Shown: positions 19,104 to 31,367, counted from the first letter of the stretch. The stretch is DNA of 64,000 bases from an uncultured Solirubrobacterales bacterium (GCA_963836415.1 CAWIJE010000004.1:227545-291544); one strand, 5' to 3'. Notes: a model not told the origin generated them from the letters alone. Made by a program: numbers and translations.

Positions 19104-19220
19104 TGTTTTCGACGCTATCACGACCCCCAAGGTCAAGATTCCCCTTCCTGTGGTGCCGGGGTCGACCGTTCGTCGGGATCGGCTAAAGCGGCTCGTCCCG
19201 GCGTCGATAATGGTCAGGTC

Positions 19221-20815
19221 GTGCGCGCCCGCCTCGCCCTCCTCGCAGTCACCCTCTCGGTCCTCGCCGCGGCGACCCCGGCCGCGGCCTCGGTCGAAGT
19301 GCCCTTCACGCCGCGCTTCTCGGCCAACGCGCACGGCGACGTCGCGATCGCCGCCAACACGCTGATGACCTGCCCCGACGGCGGCGGGGTCGAAACGGCC
19401 TGCCTGGAAGCGCGCGGGGGCGTCTCGGCGCCGTCACTCAATAACAACGGCTACAAAATGGGGACCGTCGACGTCGACTCCGACGCGACCACCTTCGACT
19501 CCTCGCAGGCGACCCTGAGCCTGCCGCCGGGGGCGAGCGTGCTCTTCGCCGGCCTCTACTACGGCGCCCGCACCAGCGCCGGCGAAGAAGGTGCGGCGGC
19601 GGCGGACCCCGCCGCCCGCGGCACCGTCCTGCTCCAGGCCCCCGGCGCCGCCAGCTACAGCTCGCTGGCGGCCGAAGTCGACGACAGCACCGCGATCAAA
19701 GGCTCCTACGTCGGCTTCGTCGACGTCACCCCGATCGTCGCCGCGGCCGGCGCCGGCGACTACCGCGTCGCCGACGTCCAGGCCGGCACCGGCAAAGACC
19801 GCTACGCGGGCTGGTCGCTGCTCGTCGCCTACGGCGATCCGGCGGCGCCACCCGCAGCCTGCGCGTCTACGACGGCCTGGCGGCGATCTCGCAGGGCGAG
19901 GAACCGCTGCAGATCGGGATCGCCGGGCTCGAGACGCCGAGCGAGGGCGAGGTCTCGGCCCGGGTCGGGCTGGTCGACTACGAGGGCGATCGGGGCTCAA
20001 CCGGGGACCGGCTGTCGCTCGCCGGCAAACCACTGTTCGACGCGGCCAACCCCGAAAAAAACATCTTCAACAGCTCGATCTCCGTCGGCGGCGTCGCCGC
20101 GAGCTCGAAGCTCCCCGACTACGTCAACCAGCTCGGCTTCAACGCCGACCTGATCAGCGCCGACGGCTTCCTCGCCAACGGGGCGACCTCGGCGACGCTG
20201 GAAGAGTCGACCTCGAACGAGCAGTACCTGACCGAGGCGGTCAGCGTCGCGATAGAGCTCGACCCCGAGGTGCTCGAACCGCCTGTCGTGCCACCGCCAC
20301 CGCCACCGCCACCACCCGCGTCGCCGGCGCCGACCGAGCCGGCGCCGCAGGAAAAGCCCAAGAAGGGCGACGGGGACAAGGCCGGCGACAAGGGCGGCGG
20401 CGACGAGGCGAAGATGGCGGTCGAGGTCGAAGCCGGCCCGACGGTCGCGCGCCCGACCGATGTCGTCGTCGTCCGCGTCACGGTCGAATCGAGTGGCAAT
20501 GCCACGCTCAAGGGCGTCAAGGCCTGCAACAGCCTCGAGCCCGGGCTCGAGCGGCTGACGGCGCCGGGCGCGACGGGCAAGGAGGCCACCACCTGCTGGC
20601 AGCTGGCGAAGCTGGCACCGGGCGGGACGCACACCTTCGTCACCACGGCCCGGGTCAAGGGCTCGGCCCACGGCTCGCTGCAGAGCAGGACGATCGTCCG
20701 TGCCGCCAACGCCAAGGCGCGTCGGGCCGTGACCCGGATCCGGGTCTCGCCGCTGCCGGACCTGCCCTGCGCCCGCGCGGCCTCGGCGGCGGCGGTCGCC
20801 CACGCCTCCTGCTGA
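19221..20815 (+). pseudogene. secreted protein with poly-Pro linker and C-terminal domain; frameshifted near 19860
   Basis: Signal peptide MRARLALLAVTLSVLAAATPAAAS, then a plausible domain through GWSLLVAYGDPAAPP at about 19860. The ORF then degenerates, while the +1 frame reads SLRVYDGLAAISQGEEPLQIG...PPVVPPPPPPPPPASPAP...VVVVRVTVESSGNATLKG... to the stop at 20815 (ORF 20270..20815). Confidence 0.6.
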
Positions 20816-20837
20816 GCGCCGGGCATATGCTGGCCGG

Positions 20838-21863
20838 GTGGCCGAGGCAGAGCAGAAGACCGTTCTCGTCAGCGGCGGCACCGGGTTTCTCGGCAGCTGG
20901 TGCGTGGTTGAGCTGCTGCGCGCGGGCTACGCGGTCCGCACCACCGTCCGCGACCTCGCCCGCGAGCCCGAGGTGCGGGCGGCGATCGGCGCCGAGGTCG
21001 AGGTCGGCGATCGGCTCGAGGTGCTCCCCGCCGACCTGCTCAGCGACGAGGGTTGGGACGCGGCGGCCAGGGGCTGCTCCCACATCCTGCACGTCGCCTC
21101 CCCCTTTCCCCGCGCCCAGCCGAAGGACCCCGACGAGCTGATCGTGCCGGCCCGCGAAGGCACCCTGCGGGTGCTGCGCGCGGGCCTCGACGCCGGCGTC
21201 GAGCGGGTCGTCGTCACCTCCTCGGTGGCGGCGATCGGCGGCGGCGCCGACCCCGCCGCCGGCCCGCTCGACGAGGGCGCCTGGACCGACCTCGACCACG
21301 CCGGCCTGACCCCCTACGCGCGCTCGAAGACGATCGCCGAGCAGGCCGCCTGGCAGCTGGTCGAGGAGCGGGGCGAGCGCGAGCGGCTCGCCGTGATCAA
21401 CCCGGGCGCGATCCTCGGCCCCGTCCTGACGGCGGGGCGCTCCTCCTCGCTGCAGCTGGTCGAACGCCTGCTCGGCGGGATGCCCGCGATTCCCCGGATC
21501 GGCTTCAGCCTGGTCGACGTGCGCGACGTCGCCACCCTTCAGCTGAGCGCGATGACGGCCTCGGAGGCGGGCGGCGAGCGCTTCATCGCGGTCTCCGAGT
21601 TCCTCTGGATGTCGGAAGTCGCCGCAGCCCTGCGCGAGCGGCTCGGCGAGGCAGGCAAGAAGATCCCGACCCGCACGATGCCCGACCTCCTGGTCCGCCT
21701 CGCCGGCGTCTTCGACCCGGGCATCCGCTCGGTCGTCGGCCAGCTCGGCCGCCATCAGGAGTACTCCAACGCGAAGGCGCGCGAGCGCCTCGGCTGGGCA
21801 CCGCGTCCGCCGCTCGACTCGGCCACCGACGCGGCCAAGAGCCTCATCTCCGATCCGGCCTGA
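20838..21863 (+). CDS. NAD-dependent epimerase/dehydratase family (SDR; aldehyde/flavonol reductase-like)
   Basis: VLVSGGTGFLGSW Rossmann motif, YARSK catalytic dyad region. Confidence 0.8.
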   Translation: MAEAEQKTVLVSGGTGFLGSWCVVELLRAGYAVRTTVRDLAREPEVRAAIGAEVEVGDRLEVLPADLLSDEGWDAAARGCSHILHVASPFPRAQPKDPDELIVPAREGTLRVLRAGLDAGVERVVVTSSVAAIGGGADPAAGPLDEGAWTDLDHAGLTPYARSKTIAEQAAWQLVEERGERERLAVINPGAILGPVLTAGRSSSLQLVERLLGGMPAIPRIGFSLVDVRDVATLQLSAMTASEAGGERFIAVSEFLWMSEVAAALRERLGEAGKKIPTRTMPDLLVRLAGVFDPGIRSVVGQLGRHQEYSNAKARERLGWAPRPPLDSATDAAKSLISDPA

Positions 21864-21881
21864 GCGCTCCGAGGAGCCCGC

Positions 21882-22439
21882 TCAGAGGCCGGCAGGATGG
21901 CGCGCCGCGAAGTTGCGCGGGTCGGCCATCTCCGGGTGCCAGCGGGGGCCGGAGACGCCGGAAGGGGCGTCGCGGGTGTCGTAGCGAAGGCCGGCGACGA
22001 CCATGTACACGTGGTGCCAGTTGGCGTAGACCGTGATCCAGCGCCCGGTTCCGGCATCGCCCCACTGTTCGAGCTGACCCGAGACCATCGTCGTGCTCAA
22101 CAGGTCTCCGCCATGCAGGGCGTAGCCGACCGCCCCCGAGCAGTCATAGCCGAAGCTGGTCCAGCCCAGGTGGCCGCCGCCCCAGACATAGGGGCGGCCG
22201 TCGATCCGGTTCGCCGCCGCGATCACGTCCTTGACCGACTGCGGCGCGTAGGGCGGCGCCAGCGCCCGGCCGTCGACGATCTGTGCCCCGCAGGTCGAGC
22301 TCGACCGTTCCACCCCTGCTTCGGCCATCTGGCATTCGTAGCGCCACGGGATCGGCCGGGCGGAAGCTGCGGTCGTGGAGGCCGCGAGAACTGCCGCCGC
22401 CATCGCCAAAACCGCCCCGAGTCTCCCTCTGCCGCGCAT
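21882..22439 (-). CDS. NlpC/P60 family secreted peptidase
   Basis: Signal peptide MRGRGRLGAVLAMAAAVLAAS. YVWGGG...GYDCSG (Cys) and WHHVYMVV (His) are the papain-like C40 motifs. Confidence 0.75.
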   Translation of the reverse strand: MRGRGRLGAVLAMAAAVLAASTTAASARPIPWRYECQMAEAGVERSSSTCGAQIVDGRALAPPYAPQSVKDVIAAANRIDGRPYVWGGGHLGWTSFGYDCSGAVGYALHGGDLLSTTMVSGQLEQWGDAGTGRWITVYANWHHVYMVVAGLRYDTRDAPSGVSGPRWHPEMADPRNFAARHPAGL

Positions 22440-22513
22440 CTCGGCCCAAAGCGTAGACGCAGCGCGGCTAGGCGCCCCCGGCATAGGATCGGGCACCGCC
22501 GAAAGGAGCCTGG

Positions 22514-23623
22514 ATGAAGATGCGTGCCGCGGTGCTGGAGGAGTTCGGAAAGCCGCTCGAGCTGCGGGAGGTCGACCTGGCCGAGCCGCGCTCGGGTGAG
22601 GTCCTGGTCCGGCTCCACGCCTGCGGCGTCTGCCACACGGACCTCTACACCGCCTCCGGCGCCGACCCCTCCGGCTACGCGCCGACCGTGCTCGGCCACG
22701 AGGGCGCCGGCGTGGTCGAGTCCGTCGGCCCCGACGTCGCCGACTTGGCGCCCGGCGATCACGTCGTCACCCTCTTCTCGCCGCAGTGCCGCGAGTGCGT
22801 CCACTGCCTCGACCCGCGGACCAATCTCTGCCTGGCGATCCGCGAGCAGCAGAACAAGGGCCTCCTTCCCGACGGCACGACCAGGATCTCGAGCGACGGT
22901 GAGGGCATCCGCAGCTTCATGGGCTGCTCGACCTTCGCCGAGTACACGGTGATGCCGGAGATCGCCCTCGCCCGGGTCAACCCCGAGGCGCCGTTCGAGG
23001 CTGCCTGCCTGTTCGCCTGCGGGCTCTCGACCGGCCTCGGCGCCGCGATCAACACCGCGACGGTGGCGCCGGGCAGCACCTGCGTCGTCTTCGGTGCCGG
23101 CATGGTCGGCCTCGGCGCGGTCGCCGGCTGCCGGCTGCAGGGCGCCGAGCGGATCGTCTGCGTCGACCTCTCGGCCGAGCGGCTCGAGCTCGCTCGCGGC
23201 CAGGGGGCGACCGAGGTGATGCAGGGCGGGCCGGACGCGGTCGAGCAGCTGCTCGAGATGACCGGCGGCTTCGGCGCCGACTACACCTTCGAGGCGACGG
23301 GCAACGTCGCCGTCATGCGCCAGGCGGTGGAATCGGCGCGCATGGGCTGGGGACTCTGCACAGTCGCCGGCGTCGCCGGCCGCGGCGAGACGCTCGACGT
23401 CATCCCGCGATTCCTGATCACCGGCCGGCGCATCGCCGGCTCATCCTTCGGCGGCGTCAAGGGCCGCGACCAGGTGCCGCAACTGGTCGAGCGCTATCTC
23501 GCCGGCGAGATCGACGTCGAGCCGTTCCTCTCGCACCGGATCGGCCTCGAGCAGGTCAACCACGGCTTCGAGCTGATGGAGGCCCAGGACGGGATCCGCA
23601 GCGTGATCACCCTGGCCGCCTGA
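22514..23623 (+). CDS. class III Zn-dependent alcohol dehydrogenase; likely S-(hydroxymethyl)mycothiol/formaldehyde dehydrogenase
   Basis: AAVLEEFGKPLELREVDLAEP...LHACGVCHTDL...GHEGAGVVESVG...VFGAGMVGL is the standard class III ADH profile. Confidence 0.8.
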   Translation: MKMRAAVLEEFGKPLELREVDLAEPRSGEVLVRLHACGVCHTDLYTASGADPSGYAPTVLGHEGAGVVESVGPDVADLAPGDHVVTLFSPQCRECVHCLDPRTNLCLAIREQQNKGLLPDGTTRISSDGEGIRSFMGCSTFAEYTVMPEIALARVNPEAPFEAACLFACGLSTGLGAAINTATVAPGSTCVVFGAGMVGLGAVAGCRLQGAERIVCVDLSAERLELARGQGATEVMQGGPDAVEQLLEMTGGFGADYTFEATGNVAVMRQAVESARMGWGLCTVAGVAGRGETLDVIPRFLITGRRIAGSSFGGVKGRDQVPQLVERYLAGEIDVEPFLSHRIGLEQVNHGFELMEAQDGIRSVITLAA

Positions 23624-23632
23624 CCCGGCGGC

Positions 23633-23927
23633 TCAGGCGCCCTTCTCGAGCAGGCCCGCGACCGCGCCCGCGATCCTCACCCCGCGGGGGGTCAGCGCGT
23701 ACTCGGTGTGCGGGGGCCGCCCGGCGACCAGCCGCCGCTCGACGATCCCGGCCTGCTCGAGCTGCTCGAGCCGGTCCGAGAGCGTCGTCGGCGAGACGCC
23801 CGGCAGCGACTGGCGGAACTCGTTGAAGCGGGCGGCGCCGCTGGCGCAGGCGTAGATCGTCGCCAGCGTCCAGCGGCGCTCGAGCAGGCTCGCCGCCGCC
23901 CTCAGGTCGGGCGGGACGGGAGCGCAG

Positions 23928-23947
<20 letters not shown>
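23633..23947 (-). CDS. HxlR-family winged-helix transcriptional regulator
   Basis: LLERRWTLATIYACASGAARFNEFRQSLPGVSPTTLSDRLEQLEQAGIVERR. Confidence 0.75.
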
Positions 23948-26243
<2,296 letters not shown>

Positions 26244-26310
26244 TTTCTGTAGTTAGTCGTTGAAGGGTAGCGCACGCCCCGCCTGCTGCCAAGACCGCTA
26301 CGGTGTGCGC

Positions 26311-26652
26311 ATGGATGCCGCCCGTGCCAAGGAGCTGCTCGATCGCGAGCGCGAGCAGATCGAGGCCGAGCTGGCCAGCGTCGAGCGCGACACGCCCGAG
26401 GAGGGCGACGAGCGCCGCGAGCCCGGGGACTTCAACTCCGAGGGCCTCTACCAGGACGAGTTCGACGCCGGCCGCGCCCAGGACCTGAAAGCACGGCTCG
26501 GCGCCGTCGAGCGGGCCGAGGCACGCCTCGCCGACGGCAGCTATGGCGTCTCGGTGCAGAGCGGCGAGACGATCCCCGACGAGCGCCTCGAGGCCCACCC
26601 GACCGCCGAGCTGACGGTCGCGGAGGAGGAGCGCGGAGGCCGACCGGCCTAA
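26311..26652 (+). CDS. DksA/TraR-family protein lacking the Cys4 zinc finger
   Basis: Coiled-coil N-terminus (LDREREQIEAELASVERD), then ...ARLADGSYGVSVQSGETIPDERLEAHP. Canonical DksA has C-x2-C...C-x2-C here, but the positions hold S, V and S. Confidence 0.55.
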   Translation: MDAARAKELLDREREQIEAELASVERDTPEEGDERREPGDFNSEGLYQDEFDAGRAQDLKARLGAVERAEARLADGSYGVSVQSGETIPDERLEAHPTAELTVAEEERGGRPA

Positions 26653-28550
26653 GCCGCTCCGGGCGCCGGCGCGATCGTCGAGCGCGCGCCCGCCTCCCGC
26701 ACCGCCGCCGAGAGGGTCTCGATGTCGTAGGCGCCCTCGTGGCGCCGCTCGTTGATGAAGAAGGTCGGTGTCCCGGTGACGCCGCTCGAGTCGGCGGAGT
26801 CGACGTCTTCCTCGATCCGCGGCGCGTGCTCGTGCCTGCGCATCTCGTCGTCGAAGCGCTCGAGGTCGAGCTCGAGCTGTTTGGCGTACCTGCGCAGGTC
26901 GCGGAAGCGGAGGTCGCCCTGATGGTCGAGGAGGAGGTCGTGCATCTCCCAGAAGGCACCCTGCGCGGCCGCCGCCTCGGCCGCCTCGGAAGCGGTGTCG
27001 GCGTTGGGGTGCACGTCGGAGAGCGGCAGGTGGCGCCAGACGTAGCGCACGTCGCCGAAGTCGCCGAGCAGCTCACGGATCACCGGCTCCGCCCGGCCGC
27101 AGTAGGGGCACTCGAAGTCGCCGTACTCGACCACCGTCACCGGCGCCTCGGCCGGCCCGCGCAGGTGGTCGCGCTGCGGGTCGACCGGCACCGCCAGGTC
27201 GGTCAGCCCCTCGGCTCCGGCCAGCATCGCCCTGATCCGGGCCCGGTTCGGCAGCAGCGAGGTCGCGCGCAGGACCAGCCAGGTCAGGGCCGAGGCGCAG
27301 ATGGCGGCGCTGAGCACGCCGAGCTTCGCCTCCTCGAGCTGCTCGCCGTGGAAGGCCAGGGCGGCGATCAGCAGCGAGACGGTGAAGCCGATGCCGGCGA
27401 TCGCCCCTCCCCCGGCCGTCGCCGCCCAGCCGACCGGCGGCCGCAGCCGGCCACCGCTGAGCTTGGTCGCCAGCCAGGCGGCGCCGGTTACGCCGACCGG
27501 CTTGCCGAGGACGTAGCCGAAGAGGATGCCGAGCGTGATCGGCGAGGTGTAGGCGCGGGCGAGGAAGTCGCCGTCGATCGCGATGCCGATGTTGGCGAGG
27601 GCGAAGAGCGGGACGATCACGTAGCTGGTCCACGGGTGGTAGAGCTGCAGCAGCCGGGCGTTCGGAGAGACCGCGGCGCGCAGCCCGACCCGGGCAGAGC
27701 GCTCGAGCTGCGGCGTCGGCTGCTCGCGGAAGTCGCGAAAGAGGTTGGTGGCGCGCTCGAGCTCGCTGCGCCCCGCCGGGTTGGCGCCGACGACGAGGCC
27801 GGTGGCGAGGCCGAGGATCACCGGGTCGAGCCCGGATTCGAAGAGCGCGACCCAGGCGACGATCGCCAGCAACAGGTAGACGACCCCCTCACGCACCGCG
27901 GCGATGCGGAGCCCCAACATGACGAGGAAGACACCGACCGCGATCAGCAGCGGCTCGAGCTCGACATGGCCGCTGTAGGCGACCGCGATAACGAGCAGGG
28001 CGACGACGTCGTCGACGACGATCGTGGTCAGCATGAAGCCGCGCAGCCGGTCGGGGAAGGCCGGGCCGACAAGCGCCAGCATGCCGAGCGCGAAGGCGGT
28101 GTCGGTCGACATCGCGACTCCCCAGCCGTGCGCCGAGGGGTCGCCGGCGTTGATCGCGAGGAAGATCGCGACCGGGACGAGCATGCCGCCGAGACCGGCC
28201 AGCACCGGCAGCGCCAGCCGGCGCCGCTCGCGCAGCTCGCCGACGTCGAACTCGCGCCGCACCTCGAGGCCGACGACGAAGAAGAAGAATGTCATCAGGC
28301 CGCTGTTGACCCAGTCCCGCAGGCTCTGTGAGAGGCCCGAGCCGCCGACGTCGATCGAGAGCCGGGTGTGCCAGACGCTCTCGTAGGAGGAGAGGTCGAC
28401 GTTGGCCCAGACCAGAGCCGCGGCGGCTGCGGCGAGCAGGATGCTGGCGCTGCCGGTCTCGGTGGTGAGGAAGTCGCGCAGCGGCGCCTGCAGGCTGCGC
28501 GCCCAGGCGGTACGGCCGCTGAAGGCAGATCTGAATCGGAAGAGGCTCAC
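26649..28550 (-). CDS. nhaA: Na+/H+ antiporter NhaA fused to C-terminal DsbA-like thioredoxin domain
   Basis: The NhaA TM core spans residues 1-430. The C-terminal ~200 aa carry VEYGDFECPYCGRAEPV (CPYC active site) and the DsbA fold. Confidence 0.85.
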   Translation of the reverse strand: MSLFRFRSAFSGRTAWARSLQAPLRDFLTTETGSASILLAAAAAALVWANVDLSSYESVWHTRLSIDVGGSGLSQSLRDWVNSGLMTFFFFVVGLEVRREFDVGELRERRRLALPVLAGLGGMLVPVAIFLAINAGDPSAHGWGVAMSTDTAFALGMLALVGPAFPDRLRGFMLTTIVVDDVVALLVIAVAYSGHVELEPLLIAVGVFLVMLGLRIAAVREGVVYLLLAIVAWVALFESGLDPVILGLATGLVVGANPAGRSELERATNLFRDFREQPTPQLERSARVGLRAAVSPNARLLQLYHPWTSYVIVPLFALANIGIAIDGDFLARAYTSPITLGILFGYVLGKPVGVTGAAWLATKLSGGRLRPPVGWAATAGGGAIAGIGFTVSLLIAALAFHGEQLEEAKLGVLSAAICASALTWLVLRATSLLPNRARIRAMLAGAEGLTDLAVPVDPQRDHLRGPAEAPVTVVEYGDFECPYCGRAEPVIRELLGDFGDVRYVWRHLPLSDVHPNADTASEAAEAAAAQGAFWEMHDLLLDHQGDLRFRDLRRYAKQLELDLERFDDEMRRHEHAPRIEEDVDSADSSGVTGTPTFFINERRHEGAYDIETLSAAVREAGARSTIAPAPGAA

Positions 28551-28565
28551 TCGCTCAGGAGCATT

Positions 28566-29483
28566 TCAACCGGGGCGTCCCGCCGCCCGCCAGTAGGCGC
28601 GGATACGGCGACGGAAGGCGGCGGGCTTCTCGGCGTAGACGCGGCGGCCGAGGTCGAGCGCGGCGCCGAGCAGCTGCTCCTGGCGCGCCCCGATCGCCGC
28701 CTCGAAAGCCGCCGTGTCGGAAGCGGCGAGGCCGCGCCGGTCGAGGTCCTCGCGCAGGACCTCGAGGTCCTGGTGCTCCCCCAGCAGGTCGCCGAGCTCG
28801 TGCAGGCGCCCGGCTGCCTCGGCGAGCGGCTCGGGCCAGAGCGAGTCGAGGATGCGGAGTTGGTGCCAGAGGTCCTTGGCCCGCTTGCGCCACTCGTGGA
28901 CCCGGACGGCATCGGAGCGGCGGCTCGAGCGCCGCATCGCCCGACGGCCGTCGCGGTAGGCGCGTCCGAGCCCTGCCTCGACCAGCGCCCAGGAGTCGTC
29001 GTGCAGCGGCCAACCGTCGATCCGCCGGCGCCCCGCCGCGACCGCGTCGGCGATCGCGGCGATCCCCTCCCCGTCGCGTCCTCGGGCGATCAGCCCGGCG
29101 GCCGCCTCGTCGCGCTCGAGGCCGAGGCCCCACTCTTCGAGGCCCTGCTCACTCGCCTCGACCTCGCGGGCGGCGAGTAGGGCCTCGAGCGCCTCGCTCT
29201 TGACCTGCGCGTCGCGGGTCGCCGAGAGCGCCCGGCCGGCGTCGCGGTAGCGCCGGCTCTCTCGCCTGTATGCCTTCTCGCCGAGCTCCGCGCGGCCGAG
29301 GCGCAGGACGCTGCGCAGCTTCTTCAGGTCCTTGCGCGCCTCGTGCACCGCGTCCTCGACCGACTCGCCGCGCGCCGCCCGGCGCATTTCCCGGACCGCC
29401 CGCTCGGCCCTGCCGGCAGCGATCCTCCGCAACCCGGTGGCGGCGGGCTCATCCTGCTTCAGTCGGTAGGCGCGGCCTCTCAT
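28566..29483 (-). CDS. CHAD domain protein
   Basis: Repeated helical His motifs, VHEARKDLKKLRSVLRL and VHEWRKRAKDLWHQLRIL, are typical of the conserved histidine alpha-helical domain. Confidence 0.75.
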   Translation of the reverse strand: MRGRAYRLKQDEPAATGLRRIAAGRAERAVREMRRAARGESVEDAVHEARKDLKKLRSVLRLGRAELGEKAYRRESRRYRDAGRALSATRDAQVKSEALEALLAAREVEASEQGLEEWGLGLERDEAAAGLIARGRDGEGIAAIADAVAAGRRRIDGWPLHDDSWALVEAGLGRAYRDGRRAMRRSSRRSDAVRVHEWRKRAKDLWHQLRILDSLWPEPLAEAAGRLHELGDLLGEHQDLEVLREDLDRRGLAASDTAAFEAAIGARQEQLLGAALDLGRRVYAEKPAAFRRRIRAYWRAAGRPG

Positions 29484-29580
29484 CAGGTGAACGACCCCTT
29501 GTCGAATTATTTACTCGATCTTGACGCCACCCGAAGGAGCCGAGGCGACGATTGTCGCTCACCCCCAAGGAGGCTTGCCA

Positions 29581-29819
29581 TGCCGCAGATCCTGATCGTC
29601 ACCGACTCCCCCAACCACATCACCAGAACGGTCGTCTACCGCGAGCGCGTCGACCACAGCGACCTCGAGTCGAACCACTTCTCCGGGCAGCTGGTCGAGC
29701 GGGTCGGCTGGGCGGTCGGCGACGCCGAGGCGCTGGAGCGGCGCAACCGCCTGCGCCGCGGTGACGGCCGCCGCCAGGACCCCGCCCACACCGAGTTCAA
29801 ACGCGTCTCCGCCCACTAG
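29581..29819 (+). CDS. hypothetical small protein
   Basis: A strong RBS (ccaaggagg) precedes the ATG at 29581. MPQILIVTDSPNHITRTVVYRERVDHSDLESNHFSGQLVERVGWAVGD is compositionally protein-like. The longer listed ORF starting at 29343 is probably leader. Confidence 0.45.
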
Positions 29820-29852
29820 GCGCGGCGCCCTCGGGCGGTTAGCCTGGGCGCG

Positions 29853-31345
29853 ATGCCAACGCCGAGCGACCACCCGACCGAACTGCTGATCGACGGCGAG
29901 CTCTGCGCCGGCGCGGGCGCCACGCTCGCGGTCGAGAACCCCTACTCGACCGCGACGATCGTCGAGCTGGCGGCCGCCTCGACGGAACAGGTCGACGCCG
30001 CCGCCGAGGCCGGCCGCCGGGCCTGGCCGGGATGGGCGCGGACGCCGGCGGGCGAGCGCTGCGAGCTCCTGCACGAGGTCGCGCGGCGGCTGCGCGAGGG
30101 CGCCGAGGGCCTGGCGCGGACGATGACCGCCGAGGGCGGCAAGCCTCTGCTCGAGAACCGCGACGAGCTCGAGTGGACCGCTGCCGCGTTCGACTACTAC
30201 GCCGAGATCGGCCGCGATCACGCCGGCCGCGTGATCCCGCCGATCGAGTCGACGCAGGTGGCGATGGTGGTCAAGGACCCACTCGGCGTCGTCGGCTGCA
30301 TCGTCCCCTGGAACTATCCGCTGCTGCTGCTCGCCTGGAAGGTGGCGCCGGCGCTGGCCGCCGGCAACTGCGTCGATCTGCAAGCCCTCCGAGCTGACAC
30401 CGCTCTCGACCCTGATGCTCAGCGACGCCTTCGGGCACCTGCCCGCCGGCGTCGTCAACCTGCTGGCCGGCGCCGGTGAGATCGGCGCCGCGATCGCCGC
30501 CCACCCCGAGGTCGACTGCGTCGCCTTCACCGGCTCGGTGGCCACCGGCAAGCGCGTCGCCGAGGCCTGCCTGCCGCGAATGGCGCGCGTCAACCTCGAG
30601 ATGGGCGGCAAGGACGCCTTCATCGTCTGCGCCGACGTCGCCGCCGAGATCGAGGTCGCGGCCCGCGGCGGCGCCTGGGCGGCGTTCCTCAACGCGGGCC
30701 AGGTCTGCACCTCGGCCGAGCGGTTCTACGTGCTGGACGAGGTCTACGACGCCTACGTCGATGCCTTCGTCGAGCACACCCTCGGCCTCGTCCTCGGCGA
30801 CCCCTTCGAGGTCTCGACCGACATCGGCCCGATGGTCTCCGACCCCCAGCGGGCCAAGGTCGTCGCCCAGCTCGAGGCGGCGAGCGCCGGCTGGCGCCGA
30901 GATCCTCGTCGGCGGCGACTCCGGAGGCCAGGAGCGGGGCCACTTCCTCTCCCCCGCGGTCGTCACCGGCGCCGCGCCCGACTCCGCGCTGCTCACCGAG
31001 GAGACCTTCGGGCCGGTTGCGCCGCTGGTCCGCGTCGGCTCGCTCGACGAGGCGATCGAGCTCGCCAACGGCACCGAGTTCGGGCTCGGCGCCAACGTCT
31101 ACACGGGGGAGCTCGAGAGCGCGGTGCGCTGCATGCGCGAGCTGCGCGCCGGCACGGTCTGGATCAACGACCCGTTGACCGACAACGACGCCGGGCCCTT
31201 CGGAGGCTTCAAGCAGTCCGGCCTCGGGCGCGAGCTCGGCCGCGAGGGACTCGAGGCCTTCCAGGAGACCAAGCACGTCCACATGGAGAGCAAGATCGAG
31301 CGCAAGGAATGGTGGTACCCCTACAGCGAGTACGGCAAGGCTTAG
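29853..31345 (+). pseudogene. NAD(P)-dependent aldehyde dehydrogenase split across three frames by two +1 frameshifts
   Basis: Frame 1 (29853..~30375) covers ...GCIVPWNYPLLLLAWKVAPALAAGNC. Frame 2 (~30385..~30890) covers KPSELTPLSTLMLSDAF...EMGGKDAFIV...GQVCTSAERFYV. Frame 3 (~30895..31345) covers GAEILVGGD...EETFGPVAPLVRV...PFGGFKQSGLGRELG. Together they make a complete ALDH. Confidence 0.8.
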
Positions 31346-31367
31346 GGGCGCCCCGGGCCGGTCCTGC

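Noticed and set aside
19591-21141. 516-aa plus-strand ORF
   Set aside because: Its R/G/A/P-rich low-complexity translation overlaps the real secreted-protein frames and the epimerase gene. It is GC-frame noise.
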